From Candidatus Hodarchaeota archaeon (GTDB lineage Archaea; Asgardarchaeota; Heimdallarchaeia; Hodarchaeales; Hodarchaeaceae): a stretch of DNA of 19,221 nt. Below the pieces are notes generated by a model, which searched no databases, was not told the origin of the DNA, and was given only the letters and a program-made list of their open reading frames with translations. The stretch spans positions 1-19,221 of the forward strand of contig JAEOTC010000109.1 in assembly GCA_016840035.1 (NCBI GenBank), given 5' to 3'. Made by a program: the position numbers and the translations under genes. Below, in pieces: positions 15,999 to 19,221 of the stretch (position 1 is its first letter; each line of letters opens with the position of its first letter).

Positions 15999-17697
15999 CT
16001 TCAAGTTAATATTCCGACAAACAAAATATGTCTATCTACTTCTCTTATCTATTGGTATTGCGGGGTCGTGGTTATGTTTTTTTACGTATCCCGGTGAAGA
16101 AGGACTACGTGGTTTTTTAGGGATGGAAGATACCCCTTTTATGGATATATTCTTTAAAGGTATCCTTGATAGTCTAAATTCAGGGGATTCAGGCTTATAT
16201 CTTTATTTTGTATTATTATATTTCATGGCATATGCTGCCTTACTCTTTCCATTTGTAGGTTTATGGTTAGGAGGAGCAGGAGTGAGTGAAGAGATTCAAT
16301 CATCAATGGCTGACGTTTTTTTTGCAAGCCCTCAGAAAAAACAGAATCTCCTTTACCGTCATTTAATAATTCATGGAATTCTCTTCACATTAACGGTTAT
16401 TGTTCTATTTTTACAGATTTTCTTCTTTTTTGAACTAATGGGTAGTGAATTTGACTATCCTAGGATTGTAAGTGCGTTTTTTCTCCTATGGGTATCATCA
16501 TTATTGTTTTTTTCCATTTCTTTTTCAGTAAGCTCTCTAACAGTCCGTAGTGACATTGGAAGAGGAGTAGCTGGACTTGTACTTTTAGGTGGATACTTAA
16601 TTCAGATGTTAATGAGCTTTAATCCTGCACTTTCTGATCTAAAGTACCTTACACCGTTATATTATACAGATACGTCCGCAATATTATTACTAAATGAACC
16701 CTTAAGTATTGAGATTTTCGTACCTATAGTGATTAGTATCGGTTTAGTACTCCTAACTATTCTCTTCTTCAGAAAAAAAGATCCTATTTCATACGATTTT
16801 CAATTCAACTGGAAATTCTACAGTCGAAATCAATATAACGATCCAACTACATCAAGAAGTCAAGATGGTCCCATTTATACTTTTTTAAAACGAATTTCTC
16901 CCATTACTGCAGAACAGTGGGCTTCAGATAAATTGATATTTCTAATATTTTTTGGATTTAGTATATTTTCAGTTCTTTCGATAATAGGAGGTTTTCCAAC
17001 CGGTGAAGAGGGCATGGATCAACTAGTCACATTGTATCAAAACAATCCAATAGCGAAATCCATCATGCGGGATCACAACGAGCTGATAACATCAGATCCA
17101 TTAGGGGCAATTTACCCACAATTCTATGGATATTCGTGGATCTACTTCTTTTTTCTGGTAATAATTTCAGCTGGCCGAATTATTATGCGAGATTTGGATT
17201 CCAACACATTGGATTTAATAAAAGGAACTCCAGTCAATACTAATAAACGAATTTTTTACAGAATAGTGGCAGTTATCCTACAAATTTCCTTTATTGCGAC
17301 TTTTATGATTCTTTTTCTAATAGGAGGAGAATATCTTTTAGGAATTCAATCCAAAATACTTGAACAATTATTTGCAATAATTATTATCGTATTTACATAT
17401 CTTAGCTTGCTTACGTGTTTGATTGCAATAGGGATTGCCGTACCCATCCCTCGATTTCGAAAACCAATAATTTATGGATTTGCAGGGCTTACTATCGTCT
17501 TTTCTATGCTTCCATATTTCAGTGAACAATTAGAAGTCCTTCAATATTTTTCACTGTTATATTACTTAGATTTAACTGGTCTGGTTGCTTACAGTTATCA
17601 AATCGAATATATGAGTCTCTTATCTGTTCTACTAGGTGTTATGATTATCTCAGCACTATTTATCTGGAATAGAGGGAATAGAATGGTTAATACATAA
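15985..17697 (+). CDS. ABC-2 type exporter permease with two tandem permease domains
   Basis: 570 aa, about 12 TM; overlaps the ATPase by 14 nt with GAGGAGG RBS at 15969-15975; repeated motifs in the two halves. Confidence 0.85.
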   Translation: MWLNSFKLIFRQTKYVYLLLLSIGIAGSWLCFFTYPGEEGLRGFLGMEDTPFMDIFFKGILDSLNSGDSGLYLYFVLLYFMAYAALLFPFVGLWLGGAGVSEEIQSSMADVFFASPQKKQNLLYRHLIIHGILFTLTVIVLFLQIFFFFELMGSEFDYPRIVSAFFLLWVSSLLFFSISFSVSSLTVRSDIGRGVAGLVLLGGYLIQMLMSFNPALSDLKYLTPLYYTDTSAILLLNEPLSIEIFVPIVISIGLVLLTILFFRKKDPISYDFQFNWKFYSRNQYNDPTTSRSQDGPIYTFLKRISPITAEQWASDKLIFLIFFGFSIFSVLSIIGGFPTGEEGMDQLVTLYQNNPIAKSIMRDHNELITSDPLGAIYPQFYGYSWIYFFFLVIISAGRIIMRDLDSNTLDLIKGTPVNTNKRIFYRIVAVILQISFIATFMILFLIGGEYLLGIQSKILEQLFAIIIIVFTYLSLLTCLIAIGIAVPIPRFRKPIIYGFAGLTIVFSMLPYFSEQLEVLQYFSLLYYLDLTGLVAYSYQIEYMSLLSVLLGVMIISALFIWNRGNRMVNT

Positions 17698-17758
17698 TGG
17701 TTACAGAAGTAACTTTGATAGGATCGACCGAGTACCGTATTACATTATAGGGATTTCT

Positions 17759-18346
17759 ATGAAGAAGCATGTACGATTGTATAATCATCCTTCACAGTTT
17801 TTTAAGAAGAAGACTTACACATTTAGGACATTTATTACAGATATTCTCAAAGTAATAAGTCACCGTCAATATCTGCGTGATGCACATCGCTCAGGACGGA
17901 TTTCAAGAAGATTTAGCGAGCATATCATGCTTGTAGTAACTGGTATCAATGAGTGCATTTATTGCGAATGGGGTCACACAAACTTTGCCATAAATGCGGG
18001 AAGCTCTATGCAAGAGATTGAGGCACTTTTATCTCAACAATTCGGTGATTTTCCTTCTGACGAACATGTGGCCCTAGTTTTTGCCCAACATTATGCAGAA
18101 TCTACAGGTCATCCTTCTAAGGAAGCAATGACTCGGTTAGTAAAAGAATACGGGAAAGAAAAGGGACGAGATATTATTATATTTTGTGAGATGATTACAG
18201 TTGGAAACTTACTTGGAAATTCGATATCTGCATTTTTCAGTCGATTAAAAGGGATTCCTCCTGAAAATGGATCCATTCTCTTCGAGATGGCTGTTTTTGT
18301 GTTCGGAGGGTTTCTATTTGACCAATATATGAATCGAAATCGGTAG
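17759..18346 (+). CDS. Carboxymuconolactone decarboxylase/AhpD-like protein
   Basis: EHIMLVVTGINECIYCEWGH (CxxC...H AhpD core), AG.S..EI, ALVFAQHYAE. Confidence 0.85.
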   Translation: MKKHVRLYNHPSQFFKKKTYTFRTFITDILKVISHRQYLRDAHRSGRISRRFSEHIMLVVTGINECIYCEWGHTNFAINAGSSMQEIEALLSQQFGDFPSDEHVALVFAQHYAESTGHPSKEAMTRLVKEYGKEKGRDIIIFCEMITVGNLLGNSISAFFSRLKGIPPENGSILFEMAVFVFGGFLFDQYMNRNR

Positions 18347-18357
18347 ATTCTTTGGTG

Positions 18358-18376
18358 AAAAAAAAGAGGGAGAGAA
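18358..18376 (-). terminator. Putative oligo-T terminator between convergent genes
   Basis: A8 at 18358-18365 on +, giving a pyrimidine tract ending in T8 after the minus-strand stop at 18377. Confidence 0.45.
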
Positions 18377-18697
18377 TTATTTTTCTCCTGAGCGTCCTTG
18401 TAGGAAATGATTAATGACTTCCATTGGTTCAATGACAATAAAGAAAACCAAAAAACCCAATAAACGGAACCAGAGATGTATTCCACCAAAGCCGTTATCA
18501 AAGAAGAAATCATTAAAGAAATCTAAATTAGCTAGATAACCAAGGGTAAATAGTAAAAAAGCAATACCAATAATTAGGTCGCTACGTTTCTTTTCAAATT
18601 GGAAATACTTGTAAAATACGAAAAAGGTAGTAACAAGTACTACTAATGCAATTATTAGGGGATCAATCAATTCTATTAGTGGTAAATTTCCAGCCAT
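18377..18697 (-). CDS. Small hypothetical membrane protein (about 3 TM)
   Basis: MAGNLPLIEL... with three hydrophobic segments; ATG 18697 follows a GAGGTG RBS; the ORF track starts at 18715. Confidence 0.7.
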   Translation of the reverse strand: MAGNLPLIELIDPLIIALVVLVTTFFVFYKYFQFEKKRSDLIIGIAFLLFTLGYLANLDFFNDFFFDNGFGGIHLWFRLLGFLVFFIVIEPMEVINHFLQGRSGEK

Positions 18698-18797
18698 TCT
18701 TTCTAAACACCTCATTTAATTTCTAAAAGAGTCAGAAAATATTTCGTACTAATATGAATAAATAATTTATCCCTAGAGCATCCATAATTTCCACATT

Positions 18798-18814
18798 CGA
18801 AACGTATATATAAC
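18798..18814 (+). promoter_or_regulatory. Putative archaeal BRE-TATA promoter in the divergent intergenic region
   Basis: CGAAACG-TATATATA-AC, about 60 nt upstream of GTG 18874. Confidence 0.5.
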
Positions 18815-18873
18815 AAATTGGTAGCTGTATACCCAGAGTATGGGAACAACCATACTCAGAAGGAACGAAAACT

Positions 18874-19221
18874 GTGACTGAAAAACAACGAAGCATCCTT
18901 TCAAACGATGAAGAAGCCGTTTTTAAGGCGATGGATGCTGGTTTACATCCTAAGGAGATTGCGGGGAAATTATCCAAAGAAGATGGATATATTCGGAAAA
19001 CACAGTCCAGAATTCGAAAAAAAATTGACAAAGAACTCAAAAAGGCTGCGAGCATGTTACGTCTACAGTTTACTGATGAGGATATTATGCGTGATCAAGG
19101 TATTCTCAAATGTTTTGATTGGGTGAATAATACCTATGTGTTTCTAGTGTTCACTCCTCATGAGGGGATTCTTGCATATTACACTCACGATTGTTCGAGT
19201 AATTGCGAAGATACTTGTAGA
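18874..19221 (+). CDS. HTH (LuxR/sigma-70 region 4-like) DNA-binding protein with His/Cys motif, truncated by window edge
   Basis: Not in the ORF track; hand-translated from GTG 18874 (GAAGGA RBS): MTEKQRSILSNDEEAVFKAMDAGLHPKEIAGKLSKEDGYIRKTQSRIRKKI...YYTHDCSSNCEDTCR. Open to the window end. Confidence 0.75.
   Translation, partial: MTEKQRSILSNDEEAVFKAMDAGLHPKEIAGKLSKEDGYIRKTQSRIRKKIDKELKKAASMLRLQFTDEDIMRDQGILKCFDWVNNTYVFLVFTPHEGILAYYTHDCSSNCEDTCR

Noticed and set aside
18109-19126. ORFs 18109-18513 (-), 18732-19055 (-) and 18908-19126 (+)
   Set aside because: They overlap better-supported genes in other frames, namely the CMD protein, the small membrane protein and the HTH protein.
1-19221. 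CRISPR arrays, tRNA/rRNA, transposases, frameshifted pseudogenes, eukaryotic signature proteins
   Set aside because: None visible by eye: spacers are short and lack regular repeats, and all recognised genes are uninterrupted.

Overview
Gene-dense, AT-rich window that reads as archaeal. It has GGTGA/GGAGG ribosome-binding sites, TATA-like promoters, T-run terminators and a Thr-rich/TM/basic-tail surface protein. An Asgard (Heimdallarchaeia-like) origin is plausible but is inference only. From left to right: (1) a minus-strand run of a Thr/Ser dehydratase, an SPL-like radical SAM protein, an alpha/beta hydrolase and an ornithine cyclodeaminase/mu-crystallin family gene cut by the window edge; (2) rubrerythrin divergent from an sdhA/frdA-sdhB/frdB-fumC cassette that has no membrane-anchor genes; (3) a LEA_2-like protein convergent with a CysM-like cysteine synthase; (4) a long plus-strand membrane/envelope block with two paralogous DUF2238/VanZ-like proteins flanking an MFS transporter, a surface-anchored EEP phosphoesterase, a YrdB-like protein, an ABC ATPase, an internally duplicated permease and an AhpD/CMD protein; (5) a small membrane protein divergent from a truncated HTH protein with a His/Cys motif. 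I saw no rRNA, tRNA, CRISPR array or transposase. The best candidates for undescribed biology are the paralogous intramembrane His/Asp/Glu-motif pair with the MFS and EEP genes, the anchorless SdhAB with atypical Cys spacing, and the dehydratase/imine-reductase pairing. All family calls come from motif recognition by eye, not from database searches.
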